The notes: generated by a model from the letters alone, not told the origin. Numbered from the stretch's first letter, positions 40,430 to 50,978 are shown. The stretch: 57,379 bases of DNA from a candidate division NC10 bacterium RIFCSPLOWO2_12_FULL_66_18 (GCA_001771285.1 METI01000073.1:1-57379); one strand, 5' to 3'. Translations and numbers: made by a program.

Positions 40430-41056
40430 ATGTACCTCATTCCCATGGTGGTAGAGCAGACGAGCCGGGGCGAGCGCGCGTACGACATCTTCTCCCGGCT
40501 CCTGAAGGACCGGATCATCTTCATCGGGACCCCCATTGACGACGCCGGAGCGAACCTGGTCATCGCCCAGCTCCTGTTCCTGGAGGCCGAGGATCCGGAC
40601 AAGGACATTCACCTGTACATCAATTCCCCCGGGGGGTCGGTGACGGCCAGCCTGGCCATCTACGACACCATGCAGTTCGTGAAGCCGGCCCTCGAGACCA
40701 TCTGCATGGGCCAGGCGGCCAGCGGGGCCGCGCTCCTGTTGGCGGCCGGGACCAAGGGCAAGCGCATGGCCCTGCCGCACGCCCGGATCATGATCCACCA
40801 GCCCTACGGCGGGGTGCAGGGCCAGGCGGTGGATATCCAGATCCAGGCGAAGGAGATCCTGCGCATGCGGGAGGAGCTGAACCGGATCCTCGCGAACCAT
40901 ACCGGGCAGTCGCTGGAGCGGGTGGAGAAGGACAGCGATCGGGACTTCTTCATGTCGCCGGAGGAGGCCAAGGTGTACGGGCTGGTGGACGAGGTGATCT
41001 TCTATCGGGATCTGGCCAAGCGGTCGATTGACGCTCCGGTCCCGGCGACGTCCTAG
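40430..41056 (+). CDS. clpP: ATP-dependent Clp protease proteolytic subunit
   Basis: [25 protein letters not shown]...[11 protein letters not shown]...MIHQP. Catalytic Ser/His context present. Confidence 0.95.
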   Translation: MYLIPMVVEQTSRGERAYDIFSRLLKDRIIFIGTPIDDAGANLVIAQLLFLEAEDPDKDIHLYINSPGGSVTASLAIYDTMQFVKPALETICMGQAASGAALLLAAGTKGKRMALPHARIMIHQPYGGVQGQAVDIQIQAKEILRMREELNRILANHTGQSLERVEKDSDRDFFMSPEEAKVYGLVDEVIFYRDLAKRSIDAPVPATS

Positions 41057-41127
41057 CGCGGCGGCGACGGGCTGGGGTGGGCCCACGCCCGGGAGTCAAC
41101 CGGCAACTTCTGAACGGAGGCCTGCGG

Positions 41128-42375
41128 ATGGCCAAAGCGGTCAAGGGTGGCAGCAAGCTCCAGTGCTCGTTCTGCGGCAAGAGCCAGGACGACGTGCGCA
41201 AGCTGATCGCCGGCCCCACCGTCTACATCTGCGACGAATGCATCGAGCTCTGCAATGACATCATCGCCGAGGAGTGGGAGGAGGAGCGGTCGAAAGGCCT
41301 GAGCCAGCTTTCCAAGCCGGCGGAGATCAAGGCCATCCTGGACCAGTACGTGATCGGGCAGGAGCGGGCCAAGAAGACCCTCTCGGTCGCCGTCCACAAC
41401 CACTACAAGCGGATCAACGCCCGGCAGAGCTTCGACGATGTCGAGTTGACCAAGTCGAACATCCTCCTGATCGGCCCCACCGGCTGCGGCAAGACCCTGC
41501 TGGCCCAGACCCTGGCCAAGATTCTGGACGTGCCATTCACCATCGCCGACGCCACCACGCTGACCGAGGCGGGCTACGTGGGCGAGGACGTCGAGAACAT
41601 CATCCTGCGCCTCCTCCAGGTGGCCGATTACGACGTGGAGCGGGCCGAGCGGGGCATCATCTACATCGACGAGATCGACAAGATCGCTCGCAAGTCGGAG
41701 AACCCGTCCATCACCCGGGACGTCTCGGGGGAGGGGGTCCAGCAGGCCCTCCTGAAGATCCTGGAAGGCACGGTGGCCAACGTGCCCCCCCAGGGCGGCC
41801 GCAAGCACCCGCAACAGGAGTATCTCCAGGTGGACACCACCAACATCCTGTTCGTCTGCGGGGGCGCCTTCGTGGGCCTGGACAAGATCATCCAGGCGCG
41901 CGTGGGTGAGCGACGGGTCGGCTTCGGGGCGGAGATCAAGGGCCGGAAAGACCGGAAGGTCAGCGAGCTGCTGAGCCAGATCCAACCCGAGGACCTGCTG
42001 CGGTACGGTCTCATCCCGGAGCTGGTGGGGCGGCTCCCCGTGGCGGCCGTCCTGCACGAGCTGGACGAGAAGCTGCTGGTGCGCATCCTCAAGGAGCCGA
42101 AGAGCGCGCTCCTGCGCCAGTACCAGAAGTTCTTCGACTTCGAGCACGTGAAGTTGACCTTCACGGACGATGCGGTGGCGGCCATCGCCGAGGAGGCGGC
42201 CAAGCGAGGAACCGGGGCCCGCGGCCTCCGGGCCATCCTGGAAGATGTCATGCTCGACATCATGTACGAGCTCCCCTCCCAGTCGGGGATCAGCGAGTGC
42301 ATCATCAACCGGGACGTGGTGATCGAGCGGGCCCATCCCATCATCCTCTACAAAAAGAAGGCAGAGTCCGCCTGA
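41128..42375 (+). CDS. clpX: ATP-dependent Clp protease ATP-binding subunit ClpX
   Basis: Zn-finger CSFCGKSQ...[10 protein letters not shown], Walker [20 protein letters not shown] 41128 follows GGAGG. Confidence 0.95.
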   Translation: MAKAVKGGSKLQCSFCGKSQDDVRKLIAGPTVYICDECIELCNDIIAEEWEEERSKGLSQLSKPAEIKAILDQYVIGQERAKKTLSVAVHNHYKRINARQSFDDVELTKSNILLIGPTGCGKTLLAQTLAKILDVPFTIADATTLTEAGYVGEDVENIILRLLQVADYDVERAERGIIYIDEIDKIARKSENPSITRDVSGEGVQQALLKILEGTVANVPPQGGRKHPQQEYLQVDTTNILFVCGGAFVGLDKIIQARVGERRVGFGAEIKGRKDRKVSELLSQIQPEDLLRYGLIPELVGRLPVAAVLHELDEKLLVRILKEPKSALLRQYQKFFDFEHVKLTFTDDAVAAIAEEAAKRGTGARGLRAILEDVMLDIMYELPSQSGISECIINRDVVIERAHPIILYKKKAESA

Positions 42376-42521
42376 TCGCCTCGCCAATCTCCCCGACTGC
42401 TCCGGTGATCCCGACCCCCGTGCCCGGCCGGGGTCAGCCGGCCGGGGGGGAGACCGGGATTCGCAGGCCGGAGCACAACCTCATGCCCATTGTCAACCTC
42501 GCACCCCCGCCGAGCATCTCC

Positions 42522-43433
42522 ATGACATCACTGTCCATCCGCCTCCGATGCCTCACGCGGGGATGGCTCCTCCTGGTGGGGCTGAGCCTCCTGCTCCAGG
42601 GGTGCGGTATCTACGAGTATTTCTACGGGCGGTCCCCGCAGCGAGAGAGCCAGCGGAGCGATCAGGACCTGCTGCGATCCGCGGAGGTGGCGGTGGAGCG
42701 CCGCCGGTACGAGGAGGCCCGCAAGGACCTCCAGCGCCTCATGAACCAGTACCCGGAGAGCGATCTGCTGGCGGTGGCCCGTCTGACGTCGGCCAAGGCA
42801 CTCTATCTGGAGAAGAAATTTGACGAGGCCCGAGCGGAGTACCAGCGTTTCCTGGACCTCCATCCCCAGCACGAGCGGGCCGACGAGGCCCACTACTATC
42901 TGGGCATGTCCTATTTCCGCCAGGCTGACTCTTCGGACCGGGACCAGACGTTCACGCGAAAGGCCCTGGAGGAGTTCGACCTGCTCCTGAGCCAGATGCC
43001 GGACTCCCAGTACGCACCCGACGCCCTCGAGCGGAGAAACCTGGCCCGGCGGAAGCTGGCCGAGAAGGAGCTGTACGTCGGGACCTTCTACTTCACGCGG
43101 GGCAACTATGCGGCGGCGGTGGGCCGGTTCAACAACCTGCTGGCCCAGTACGGGAGGGCCGGCTTCGACGACCAGGCCCTCTACCTCCTGGGGGAGTCGC
43201 TCTGGCAGCTCGAGCAGAAGGACGAGGCGCGCGCCGCATTCCAGCGCGTGGTGCAGTCGTACTCGCAGTCCGAGTGGGCTGCGGCGGCCGCCGCCCGGCT
43301 GGGGGTCACCCTGGTCCGAACGGGCCCGCCCAAGCCCAAAGGCCCCGGAGCCGTTGATCGCCTGTGGCAGGGCATGAAGGAGACCTGGGACGAGCTGGCG
43401 GACACCGTGAAGGGCTACCAGGTCTTCCGGTAG
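42522..43433 (+). CDS. bamD: BamD-like TPR outer-membrane lipoprotein
   Basis: Lipobox LLLQGC, then TPR-like helices with YPESDLLAVARL...YYLGMSYF...YVGTFYF. ATG 42483 is an alternative start. Confidence 0.7.
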   Translation: MTSLSIRLRCLTRGWLLLVGLSLLLQGCGIYEYFYGRSPQRESQRSDQDLLRSAEVAVERRRYEEARKDLQRLMNQYPESDLLAVARLTSAKALYLEKKFDEARAEYQRFLDLHPQHERADEAHYYLGMSYFRQADSSDRDQTFTRKALEEFDLLLSQMPDSQYAPDALERRNLARRKLAEKELYVGTFYFTRGNYAAAVGRFNNLLAQYGRAGFDDQALYLLGESLWQLEQKDEARAAFQRVVQSYSQSEWAAAAAARLGVTLVRTGPPKPKGPGAVDRLWQGMKETWDELADTVKGYQVFR

Positions 43434-43444
43434 GGGGCCCGGGA

Positions 43445-43511
43445 AGCCATCAGCCGTCAGCCTCCAGGGGTCAGCACAGGTGCTGGGCAGAAAGGCTGAG
43501 GCCCGATGGCT
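43445..43511. repeat. Intergenic imperfect hairpin
   Basis: agccatcagccgtcagcct ... aggctgaggcccgatggct. Confidence 0.4.
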
Positions 43512-43534
43512 GAACGCTTTCGGGACAGCCGACG

Positions 43535-44251
43535 ATGACCGCGGAAATCCGGCAACTGGTCCAGCAGGGCACCAGCGCCTTCGAGGCGGGGAACTATGAC
43601 GAGGCGGAGGCCCTCCTGCTTCGTGTCGTGGACCGCACCCCCACCTATGCCAACGTGTACAATATGCTGGGGTTCATCGCCAGCCAGCGCAATGCGGGAG
43701 AGCAGGCGGTCACGCTGTTCCGACGGGCCCTGAGCCTGAACCCCAATTACACCGAGGCGCGGCTCAACCTGGTCCTGACCCTGACCGACATAGGGGCCTA
43801 CGAACAGGCGGCACAGGAAGCAACCCGGCTGGAGTCACCTGACGCGCCAGGTCCCCAGCGGCTCAGCCTGGGGGTTCGGGGCAAGCTGGCCAACGCCCAC
43901 GCCGACCTGGGCAGGAAGTACCACGAGCTGGGTCTGTACGCCGAGGCCATCGCCGAGTACGACAAGGCGCTCCTGCTGTGCCCCACCTTCCCCGATCTCC
44001 ACAACCGCCGGGCGGTGAGCTGTCGCGAGCTGGGCCTGTACGCCGAGGCCAAGGCCTCCCTCCTGCGGGCCCTGGAGCTCAAGCCGAACTACGTCGAGGC
44101 CCACGTGAGCCTTGGCGTGCTTCACCAGAAGCTGGGGAACCTGACCGACGCGGTGAAGACGTGGGAGCGCGCCCTGCAGCTCGATCCCAAGCACCGGCTC
44201 GCCCGCATGTACCTGAAACAGGCGACGGCCTCCGGAACGACCGCCCGGTGA
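43535..44251 (+). CDS. Tetratricopeptide repeat protein
   Basis: 238 aa with repeated A..Y..AL.L.P.. TPR signatures (ALSLNPNYTEA, ALELKPNYVEA, ALQLDPKH). Confidence 0.8.
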   Translation: MTAEIRQLVQQGTSAFEAGNYDEAEALLLRVVDRTPTYANVYNMLGFIASQRNAGEQAVTLFRRALSLNPNYTEARLNLVLTLTDIGAYEQAAQEATRLESPDAPGPQRLSLGVRGKLANAHADLGRKYHELGLYAEAIAEYDKALLLCPTFPDLHNRRAVSCRELGLYAEAKASLLRALELKPNYVEAHVSLGVLHQKLGNLTDAVKTWERALQLDPKHRLARMYLKQATASGTTAR

Positions 44252-45219
44252 TCCAGACGCCCCTATCCTCGCCTTCCCTCCTGTCCCGGACGCGGGCGTT
44301 CCTGGCCAGCCGGGGCCTGCGCCCGCGAACGGCGCGCGGACAGCACTTCCTGGTGAACCCGCGGGTGCGTGACGCCATCGTGGCCGCGGCCGGTATCACG
44401 CCCGGCCGCATGGTGGTGGAGATCGGCCCCGGCACGGGGGTCCTCACCGAGGCGCTGCTGCAGGCTGGAGCCACCGTCCTGGCGGTGGAGCTGGATCGGG
44501 ATCTCGCCGCGGCCCTGACCGAGACGCTCGGATCCCATCCCGGCCTGACCGTGCGGGTCGCCGATGCCCTCCGCGTCGATTTCGCCGCGCACTACGGCGA
44601 CCATCCGGAGCGGGGGCGGATCCGGGTCGTGGCCAACATCCCCTACTACATCACCACGCCCCTGATCCTTCGCCTCCTGCGGTGCCGGGAGGTATTCGAG
44701 GCGCTGTACCTGACGGTGCAGCGGGAGGTGGCGGAGCGCATCAGTGCCAGCCCGGGGGGCAAGACCTACGGCGCCCTCACCCTGGCCTGCCAGTATCGCG
44801 CCGAGGCGCGACCGGTCCTGGCCATCCCGCGCGGCGCCTTCTACCCGACGCCGGAGGTGGATTCGACGCTCCTCCGATTCGATCTTCTGGATGCCCCACG
44901 CGTCGCGGTGGCGAGCGAGGCCCGGCTCTTCGCCGTGATCCGGGCGGCCTTCAGCCAGCGGCGCAAGACGCTCCGGAACACGCTGCTTCACGGCGGGTGG
45001 CCGGCCGCCGTCCTGGACGCCGCCCTGGAGGCCTGCGGCATCGCGGGAGGGCGGCGGGGGGAGACCCTCGCGCTGGAGGAATTCGCCCGGCTGAGCCAGG
45101 CGCTGCCGGCGCGGAATACACCCGACAGCGAGAGGGATACCCGACAGCGAGAGCCGACGGGGAAACGGACAGCGAGTCGGATTTCGCTGTCGCAAGACAA
45201 GGGGACGGGATCGCGATGA
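44248..45219 (+). CDS. rsmA: 16S rRNA (adenine1518/1519-N6)-dimethyltransferase
   Basis: GQHFLVNPRV...VVEIGPGTGVLTE...VVANIPYYITTP...FYPTPEVDS. GTG 44248 overlaps the upstream stop. About 35 aa of extra low-complexity C-terminus. Confidence 0.9.
   Translation: MIQTPLSSPSLLSRTRAFLASRGLRPRTARGQHFLVNPRVRDAIVAAAGITPGRMVVEIGPGTGVLTEALLQAGATVLAVELDRDLAAALTETLGSHPGLTVRVADALRVDFAAHYGDHPERGRIRVVANIPYYITTPLILRLLRCREVFEALYLTVQREVAERISASPGGKTYGALTLACQYRAEARPVLAIPRGAFYPTPEVDSTLLRFDLLDAPRVAVASEARLFAVIRAAFSQRRKTLRNTLLHGGWPAAVLDAALEACGIAGGRRGETLALEEFARLSQALPARNTPDSERDTRQREPTGKRTASRISLSQDKGTGSR
45121..45193. repeat. Short-period repeat hairpin (CCGACAGCGAGAG units) inside the rsmA 3' end
   Basis: cccgacagcgagag x2, cggacagcgag, then the inverted tcgctgtcgc. 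Confidence 0.55.
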
Positions 45220-46382
45220 CTGAAAGGTTGTTTCACACGGCGAAGGACGAAGAGATCAAGGCCGGTCAGGTCACGGACGTCTACTTCCTGCGGACGCTGG
45301 AGATCCTCAAGCGACAGGGGGTCACCAAGCGCGCCGTGGCCGAGGTGATCCTGAAGAGCTTCCCGCCCGGCTGGTCCTGGGGGGTGCTGGCCGGCATCGA
45401 GGAAGCGGCTGCGCTTCTCACGGGCCTGCCGGTCACGGTGCACGCCTTCCCGGAGGGCACGCTCTTCGGCGCCATGCAGCCGGTCTTGATGATCGAGGGC
45501 CGCTACATCGACTTTGCCCACTACGAGACGGCGCTCCTGGGGCTCCTGTGCCAGGCTTCGGGGGTGGCCACCAAGGCCGCCCGGTGCAAGAAGGCCGCGG
45601 CCGGCCACCCGGTGGTGAGCTTCGGGGCCCGGCGCATGCACCCGGCCCTGGCCCCCATGATCGAGCGCAACGCCTACCTGGGGGGCTGCGACGGGGTGGC
45701 CGTGGTGAAGAGCGCCGAACTCATCAAGGTGGAGCCGAGCGGGACCATGCCCCATTCCCTGATCCTCATGCTTGGGGATACGGTGGTGGCGGCGAAGGCC
45801 TTTCATGAGATCGTTGACCCGGCCGTGCGCCGGGTGGTCCTGATCGACACCTTCGGCGACGAGAAGATGGAGGCGGTGCGGGTGGCCGAGGCGTTGGGGC
45901 CGGACCTGTACGCGGTTCGACTGGATACCCCCGCCTCGCGCCGGGGGGACCTGGTGGGGATCCTCCGGGAGGTCCGCTGGGAGTTGGATCTCCGGGGATT
46001 CCAGCACGTCCGGCTCTTCGTGAGCGGCGGTCTGGACGAGGACGAGATCCTGCGCCTGAATTCCGTGGCGGACGCCTACGGCGTGGGGAGCTGCATCAGC
46101 AATGCGCCCGTCCTGAACTTTTCCATGGACATCGTCGAGGTGGACGGGGTCCCCGTGGCGAAGCGAGGGAAACTCTCGGGCCGGAAGGCGGTCTATCGCT
46201 GTGCCGGCTGCGGGCGCCTCCAGGTGGTCCCTGCCGCGGTGCCGCGCCCCGACTGCTGCGGTGGAGAACCCACCTCCCTCCTGCAGCCTCTCGTGCAAGA
46301 CGGCCGGCTGGTCCGGACGCTTCCGGACGTGCAGGCGATCCGGCAACAGGTCCTTGCGGACTTGGAACGGGTCACGCTCTGA
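45216..46382 (+). CDS. Nicotinate phosphoribosyltransferase (short, archaeal-like type)
   Basis: 388 aa. TDVYFLRT...SFGARRMHP...GTMPHSLI...RLDTP...VSGGLDE. ATGA overlap with the rsmA stop. Confidence 0.8.
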   Translation: MTERLFHTAKDEEIKAGQVTDVYFLRTLEILKRQGVTKRAVAEVILKSFPPGWSWGVLAGIEEAAALLTGLPVTVHAFPEGTLFGAMQPVLMIEGRYIDFAHYETALLGLLCQASGVATKAARCKKAAAGHPVVSFGARRMHPALAPMIERNAYLGGCDGVAVVKSAELIKVEPSGTMPHSLILMLGDTVVAAKAFHEIVDPAVRRVVLIDTFGDEKMEAVRVAEALGPDLYAVRLDTPASRRGDLVGILREVRWELDLRGFQHVRLFVSGGLDEDEILRLNSVADAYGVGSCISNAPVLNFSMDIVEVDGVPVAKRGKLSGRKAVYRCAGCGRLQVVPAAVPRPDCCGGEPTSLLQPLVQDGRLVRTLPDVQAIRQQVLADLERVTL

Positions 46383-46397
46383 TAGGATTGGCAATGG

Positions 46398-46449
46398 AAA
46401 ACCGACAACCGACAAGCGACCATTGACCGGTTGTCGGTTGTCCGTTGTC
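46398..46449. repeat. Intergenic short-period repeat hairpin (CCGACAA units)
   Basis: aaaccgacaaccgacaagcgac ... ccggttgtcggttgtccgttgtc. Confidence 0.6.
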
Positions 46450-46469
46450 AGTGTGAAATTGAGGGGCGC

Positions 46470-47528
46470 ATGGACCCCGAGTTGGCCGCCCTGGGCGAGT
46501 TCGGCCTGATCGACCTGATCCGTCAGCGCGCGCAGCAGCGCTCGCCCGGGACCATCCTCGGGATCGGGGATGACGCCGCCCTGCTCGCGATCCCAGCGGG
46601 CGGCGGGCTCCTGGTGACCACCGACATGCTGCTGGAGGGGATCCACTTCCAGTGGCGCTGGGGTCGCCCCCGGGATCTGGGCCGCAAGGCCATGGCGGTC
46701 AACGTGAGCGACATCGCCGCCATGGGGGGACGCCCCCTCTACGTCTTGCTGGGGTTGGCCATCCCCCTCGCCGGGCCCAGCCTGACGGAACTGGAAGCGC
46801 TGTTGGCCGGCCTGGAAGAGGAGGCTGCGACCTACGGCGTCACCCTGGTGGGCGGTGACACCTGCAGTTCCAGGAGCGGCCTGGTGCTGGCGGTGACGCT
46901 TCTGGGGGTGCCCCCGCCGGGGGACGCGGTGCTGCGGTCCGGGGCAAAACCGGGCGATGGGCTCTGGGTGACGGGGATGCTGGGGGGGGCGGCCGCGGGC
47001 CTCCTGGCTCTGGAGCTGGGGCTGCGACCGGGCGCCCCATGGCCGGCGGACATCGCCAGGCCCGCCTGGCTCGCTACGGAGGAGGAGGCGGCGATCCAGG
47101 CGGCCATGGCAGTCCACCTGACGCCCGCCCCCCGACTCGCGGCGGGGCAGGCCCTGGTCGGATGTGCGACAGCCATGATCGATGTCAGCGATGGCGTGGC
47201 CTCGGATGCCGGCCACCTGTGCACGGAGAGCCGGGTGGCGGCTCGTATCCTGGCGAGTCGGATCCCTATTCACGCCGGGGCCGCGGCCATGGCGCGGCTC
47301 ACCGCCCGGGATCCCCTGGACCTTGCCCTGCGGGGCGGGGAGGACTACGAACTGCTCTTCACCACTCCCGCTGATCCGCGACCCACCCTGGCGGAGATTG
47401 CCCCAGGCTTGGCAGTCACCCGGATCGGCGAGGTGATTGCGGGTCAGCCGGTCCCCAGGCTGGCCCGTGCGGACGGCCGGGAGGAGATCCTGGCTGGCGG
47501 GTTCGATCACCTGCGGGTCTCCGGGTGA
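46470..47528 (+). CDS. thiL: Thiamine-monophosphate kinase
   Basis: GEFGLIDLI...GIGDDAALL...TTDMLLEGIHF...AMAVNVSDIAAMGG...GGDT. Confidence 0.9.
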   Translation: MDPELAALGEFGLIDLIRQRAQQRSPGTILGIGDDAALLAIPAGGGLLVTTDMLLEGIHFQWRWGRPRDLGRKAMAVNVSDIAAMGGRPLYVLLGLAIPLAGPSLTELEALLAGLEEEAATYGVTLVGGDTCSSRSGLVLAVTLLGVPPPGDAVLRSGAKPGDGLWVTGMLGGAAAGLLALELGLRPGAPWPADIARPAWLATEEEAAIQAAMAVHLTPAPRLAAGQALVGCATAMIDVSDGVASDAGHLCTESRVAARILASRIPIHAGAAAMARLTARDPLDLALRGGEDYELLFTTPADPRPTLAEIAPGLAVTRIGEVIAGQPVPRLARADGREEILAGGFDHLRVSG

Positions 47529-47614
47529 CCGTGCTCTGACCACTCGCAGGGGCTGGTCGGGGCCCTGTGCGTCGGAGCCCGGGGGCCCCGCGGGTGAGGC
47601 GAGAGGAGGGAGGT

Positions 47615-48049
47615 ATGGCCGAGGACCTTCACATTCGCTTCCGTGCCGGACGGGCACGGCTCACGACGGCGCTTCAGGGTGCCGTGACCATCCTGGCCTT
47701 CACCGAATCGGGACGCATGCGCCGGATGCGCCTGCCCAAGCGCCTGCTGGTGGTTACCAGCGTCATCCTGCTGATCCTGGTGGCCGGCTCCACGGTCTCG
47801 ATCCTCAGCCTTTTCCGGGGCCAGGTGGACTTGGCGCGCATGGCGTATCTCGAGCGGGAGAACCGGTCCCTCACTTCGCTCCTGGAGGGACAGGCGGAAC
47901 ACCTCAGCCGGTTGAAACTTGAGGTCGCGCGGCTCAAGGAGTTCGAGGAGAACCTCCGTGTCGTCTCGGGACTCGACTCTCAGACGACGCCGATGGTGGG
48001 GACCGGCCAGGCTCGCGGGGCCCGGCAGGAATTGCCCCGGAAACGATAA
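47615..48049 (+). CDS. Membrane-anchored coiled-coil protein resembling the N-terminal part of M23/LytM-type peptidases (no peptidase domain)
   Basis: ATG follows GAGAGGAGGGAGG. TM helix LLVVTSVILLILVAG, then a coiled coil ending ...NLRVVSGLD. The protein stops before any LytM domain. Confidence 0.5.
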   Translation: MAEDLHIRFRAGRARLTTALQGAVTILAFTESGRMRRMRLPKRLLVVTSVILLILVAGSTVSILSLFRGQVDLARMAYLERENRSLTSLLEGQAEHLSRLKLEVARLKEFEENLRVVSGLDSQTTPMVGTGQARGARQELPRKR

Positions 48050-48092
48050 GGGGACGGACCGCGCATTGCCCCCTCCACGCCTGGATGGACGA

Positions 48093-49013
48093 ATGGCCGG
48101 AGGAAACCGGGGCGGGGGATTGGCCCCAGACCCACCGCGAACGGCACCTAGCATCGCCGGCAGCGCCCTCCAGGGCAAGCTGGAGGCCGAAGCATATGCC
48201 GGGTTGCGCGATCTCATCCTCCGGGCCGGGGGGATTGACCTCGATCTCTACAAGGAGAAGTGCGTCCTTCGCCGGATCACCGTCCGCCAGCGGGCCTGCG
48301 GGGCGTCAAGCCTGCGGGCCTACCTGAAGCTGGTGATCGGCGATCTGGCGGAGCGAAGCCGGCTGGTCAAGGCTCTCACCATCCACGTCTCCCAGTTCTT
48401 CCGGAATCCGAGCACCTTCCGCGCGATCCAGGAGGACATCCTCCCCGCCATCCTGGCGAAGAAGCAGCGCGGCGGCGGCCGCGCCCTGCGGCTCTGGAGC
48501 GTGGGGTGTGCCTACGGGGAGGAGCCATACTCCCTGGCCATCCTCCTGCTGGAGACGAGGGCGCAGGCCCTGCAAGAGTACTCCAGCGCGATCTACGCCA
48601 CCGACATCGACCCGACCAGCCTACAGCATGCCAAAGAGGCCCGGTATCCTGCGGCCAGCCTGACGCACCTCCCGACCCGCTGGTACCAGCGGTATTTCCT
48701 TCAGGATGGGGATCGCTCACTGGTTGTCCCCGAGGTACGCCGCCTGGTCTTTTTCAAGCAACACAATATTCTGGATCCGCTGCCCTTCGGTCGCATTGAC
48801 CTGCTGGTCTGCCGGAACGTGCTGATCTATATGACCGAGGCTCTGCAGGAGCGCGTGCTCCTGGCCCTGCACGAGGCCCTCACCCCCGGCGGCTTTCTGG
48901 TCCTGGGGAAGGTGGAGGGGCTGGCCGGCGCGGCCCGGGATTGCTTCGAGCCGATGGACGTCGCCGAACGGATCTACCGGAAGCCCGAGTTGCGCTCCAC
49001 GCGGGCGGCGTGA
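48093..49013 (+). CDS. cheR: Chemotaxis protein methyltransferase CheR
   Basis: LTIHVSQFFRNPSTF...LRLWSVGCAYGEEPYSLAILL...IYATDID...LLVCRNVLIYM. Confidence 0.9.
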   Translation: MAGGNRGGGLAPDPPRTAPSIAGSALQGKLEAEAYAGLRDLILRAGGIDLDLYKEKCVLRRITVRQRACGASSLRAYLKLVIGDLAERSRLVKALTIHVSQFFRNPSTFRAIQEDILPAILAKKQRGGGRALRLWSVGCAYGEEPYSLAILLLETRAQALQEYSSAIYATDIDPTSLQHAKEARYPAASLTHLPTRWYQRYFLQDGDRSLVVPEVRRLVFFKQHNILDPLPFGRIDLLVCRNVLIYMTEALQERVLLALHEALTPGGFLVLGKVEGLAGAARDCFEPMDVAERIYRKPELRSTRAA

Positions 49014-49173
49014 CACGGACCGCCCTCGGGGGCGCCGGACCTCTCGGAAATGGGGCTTTCTGCTTGACTTCGGAATTCGGGCTGGGTATGGTACCTCGCA
49101 CGTATCAACTGACAATGCTCCCGGAGGCGATGCGGCGGCACATCCGGCGGAATCCCTGCGGGGAGGGGTAGCC

Positions 49174-50442
49174 ATGGAATCCGCGACGACGATCGGCAAG
49201 AAACTCTACGTCGGTTTTCTCCTGGTGATCTTCGCGACGGTCGTCCTGTCCGGCCTGCTGTCCTGGGTGCTCGGGCGGTTCCTCCCCCAGGAGTACATCT
49301 TCATCATCACGGGGCTGCTGGCCATCGTGGCCGGCATGGTCCTGGCCTTCGTCATGTCCAAGAACCTGACCACGGAGATCCGGTCCCTGGCCATGACGGC
49401 CGGCATCGTGGCGGAGGGCGACCTGACCCGGGACGTGCCGGTGAACACGTCGGACGAGGTGGGGGACCTGGCCTCGGCCTTCAACCTGATGGTGGGGAGC
49501 CTGCGGGACATCGTGCGGGAGGTCAAGACGACCTCGGACGCGGTGACCAGCTCGGCCATGGCCCTCTCCGCGTCGGCCGAGGAGATGAACGCCTCCACCG
49601 AGGAAATCGCCTCCACCGTCGAGCAGATCGCCAAGGGGGCGGAGCACCAGGCCGGGCTGGTGGAGCAGACCTCCAAGGTGATGCGGGAGATGGCCAGTTC
49701 CATCAACGAGATCGCGGCCCGCGCCAAGTCGGCGGCCGAGGCGGCGGCCGAGGCCGGCTACACGGCGCAGACCGGCGGCAAGTCTGCCCGCGAGGCTATG
49801 GAGAAGATGAAGGGGGTCTTCAGCATCATCGAGAGCGCCGCCACCGGGGTGAAGGGCTTCAGCGAGAAGACCCAGCAGATCGGCACTATCGTGGACGTCA
49901 TCACGAAGATCGCGCAGCAGACGCACCTCCTGGCCCTGAACGCCACCATCGAGGCGGCGCGGGCCGGCGAGGCGGGCCGCGGCTTCGCCGTCGTGGCCGA
50001 GGAGGTGCGGAAACTCGCCACCGAAGCTGCCGGCTCCGCCGAGAAGATCGCGGAGATCATCAAGCAGATCCAGGGAGAGAACAGCAAGGTGGTCGCCTCC
50101 ATCGAGGTGGCCACGCGGGAGATCACCTCGGGCCGCGAGGTGCTGACCTACACCGGCGATGCCCTGGAGGACATCGTGCGGGTGGTGGTGGAGGAGGTCA
50201 AGAAGGTGCAGGAGATCTCCGCCCTCACCCAGCAGCAGACGCAGGGCGCCCAGGAGCTGGTGAAGACGATCGACGAGATCGCCAAGGTGGCCGAGGACAA
50301 CGCGGCCTCCACGGAGGAAGCCTCGGCGGCGACCACGGAGCAGACGGCCTCCATGGAACAGATGGCCCAGTCCGCCCAGCAGTTGAGCCGACTGGCGGAC
50401 ACACTCAAGACGCTGGTGGCGCGATTCAATGTCGGAGCCTGA
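49174..50442 (+). CDS. Methyl-accepting chemotaxis protein (membrane hairpin, HAMP, short signalling domain)
   Basis: Two closely spaced TM helices with no periplasmic domain, HAMP (DEVGDLASAFNLM), highly conserved tip IAQQTHLLALNATIEAARAGEAGRGFAVVAEEVRKLA. Confidence 0.9.
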   Translation: MESATTIGKKLYVGFLLVIFATVVLSGLLSWVLGRFLPQEYIFIITGLLAIVAGMVLAFVMSKNLTTEIRSLAMTAGIVAEGDLTRDVPVNTSDEVGDLASAFNLMVGSLRDIVREVKTTSDAVTSSAMALSASAEEMNASTEEIASTVEQIAKGAEHQAGLVEQTSKVMREMASSINEIAARAKSAAEAAAEAGYTAQTGGKSAREAMEKMKGVFSIIESAATGVKGFSEKTQQIGTIVDVITKIAQQTHLLALNATIEAARAGEAGRGFAVVAEEVRKLATEAAGSAEKIAEIIKQIQGENSKVVASIEVATREITSGREVLTYTGDALEDIVRVVVEEVKKVQEISALTQQQTQGAQELVKTIDEIAKVAEDNAASTEEASAATTEQTASMEQMAQSAQQLSRLADTLKTLVARFNVGA

Positions 50443-50956
50443 AGAGCAGGCCCTGGCCCCCATTGACCTGGAGTGGGAAACGGATGAGGCGCCGGAGGAG
50501 CTCCGACGCCTCATTCTCTTCCAGGCCTGCGACGAGTGGTTCGGCCTGCCCCTCGAGTGGGTTCGGGAGATCCAACCGCTGGAGGGGGTCACGCGCGTCC
50601 CCAACGCCCCGGCCGAGATCCTGGGCATCCTGAACCTCCGGGGGCGGGTCCTCACGCTGTTCGACCTGGCCGGATGTCTGGGGATCCCGCCCGGGACACA
50701 GCCGAACACCCACGCGGTGGTGTTGGACTTTGCCGACCCGGAGATCAACGTGGGCCTGGCGGCGCAGCAAATCGCCCAGGTGCGGGGGGTCCCGGTCTCG
50801 GCCCTCGAACCGCCGCCCCGGGAGGGAAGCCTGGGGGTCCTGGAAGGCGTCTTCGAGCTGGAAGGCAAGGTGGTGGGCGTCCTGGATCTGCCCCGCGTGT
50901 TCGCGCGCGCCCTGCCGGAATGGGGGGTGGCGTTGCAGATGCGGGGAGCCGGGTGA
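50429..50956 (+). CDS. cheW: Chemotaxis coupling protein CheW
   Basis: LILFQACDEWFGLPLEWVREI...VPNAPAEILGILNLRGRVLTLFDL. Overlaps the mcp 3' end. Confidence 0.9.
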   Translation: MSEPEEQALAPIDLEWETDEAPEELRRLILFQACDEWFGLPLEWVREIQPLEGVTRVPNAPAEILGILNLRGRVLTLFDLAGCLGIPPGTQPNTHAVVLDFADPEINVGLAAQQIAQVRGVPVSALEPPPREGSLGVLEGVFELEGKVVGVLDLPRVFARALPEWGVALQMRGAG

Positions 50957-50978
50957 CCCTGCGGCAGGCGGGACGGGA

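Noticed and set aside
44988-47657. 889-aa minus-strand ORF. Similar long antisense ORFs occur at 51928-54240, 15801-17660, 38769-40412 and 41053-42387
   Set aside because: All lie antisense to well-supported genes (NAPRTase/thiL, cheA, rny, tig, clpX) and have low-complexity translations. They are treated as non-coding.
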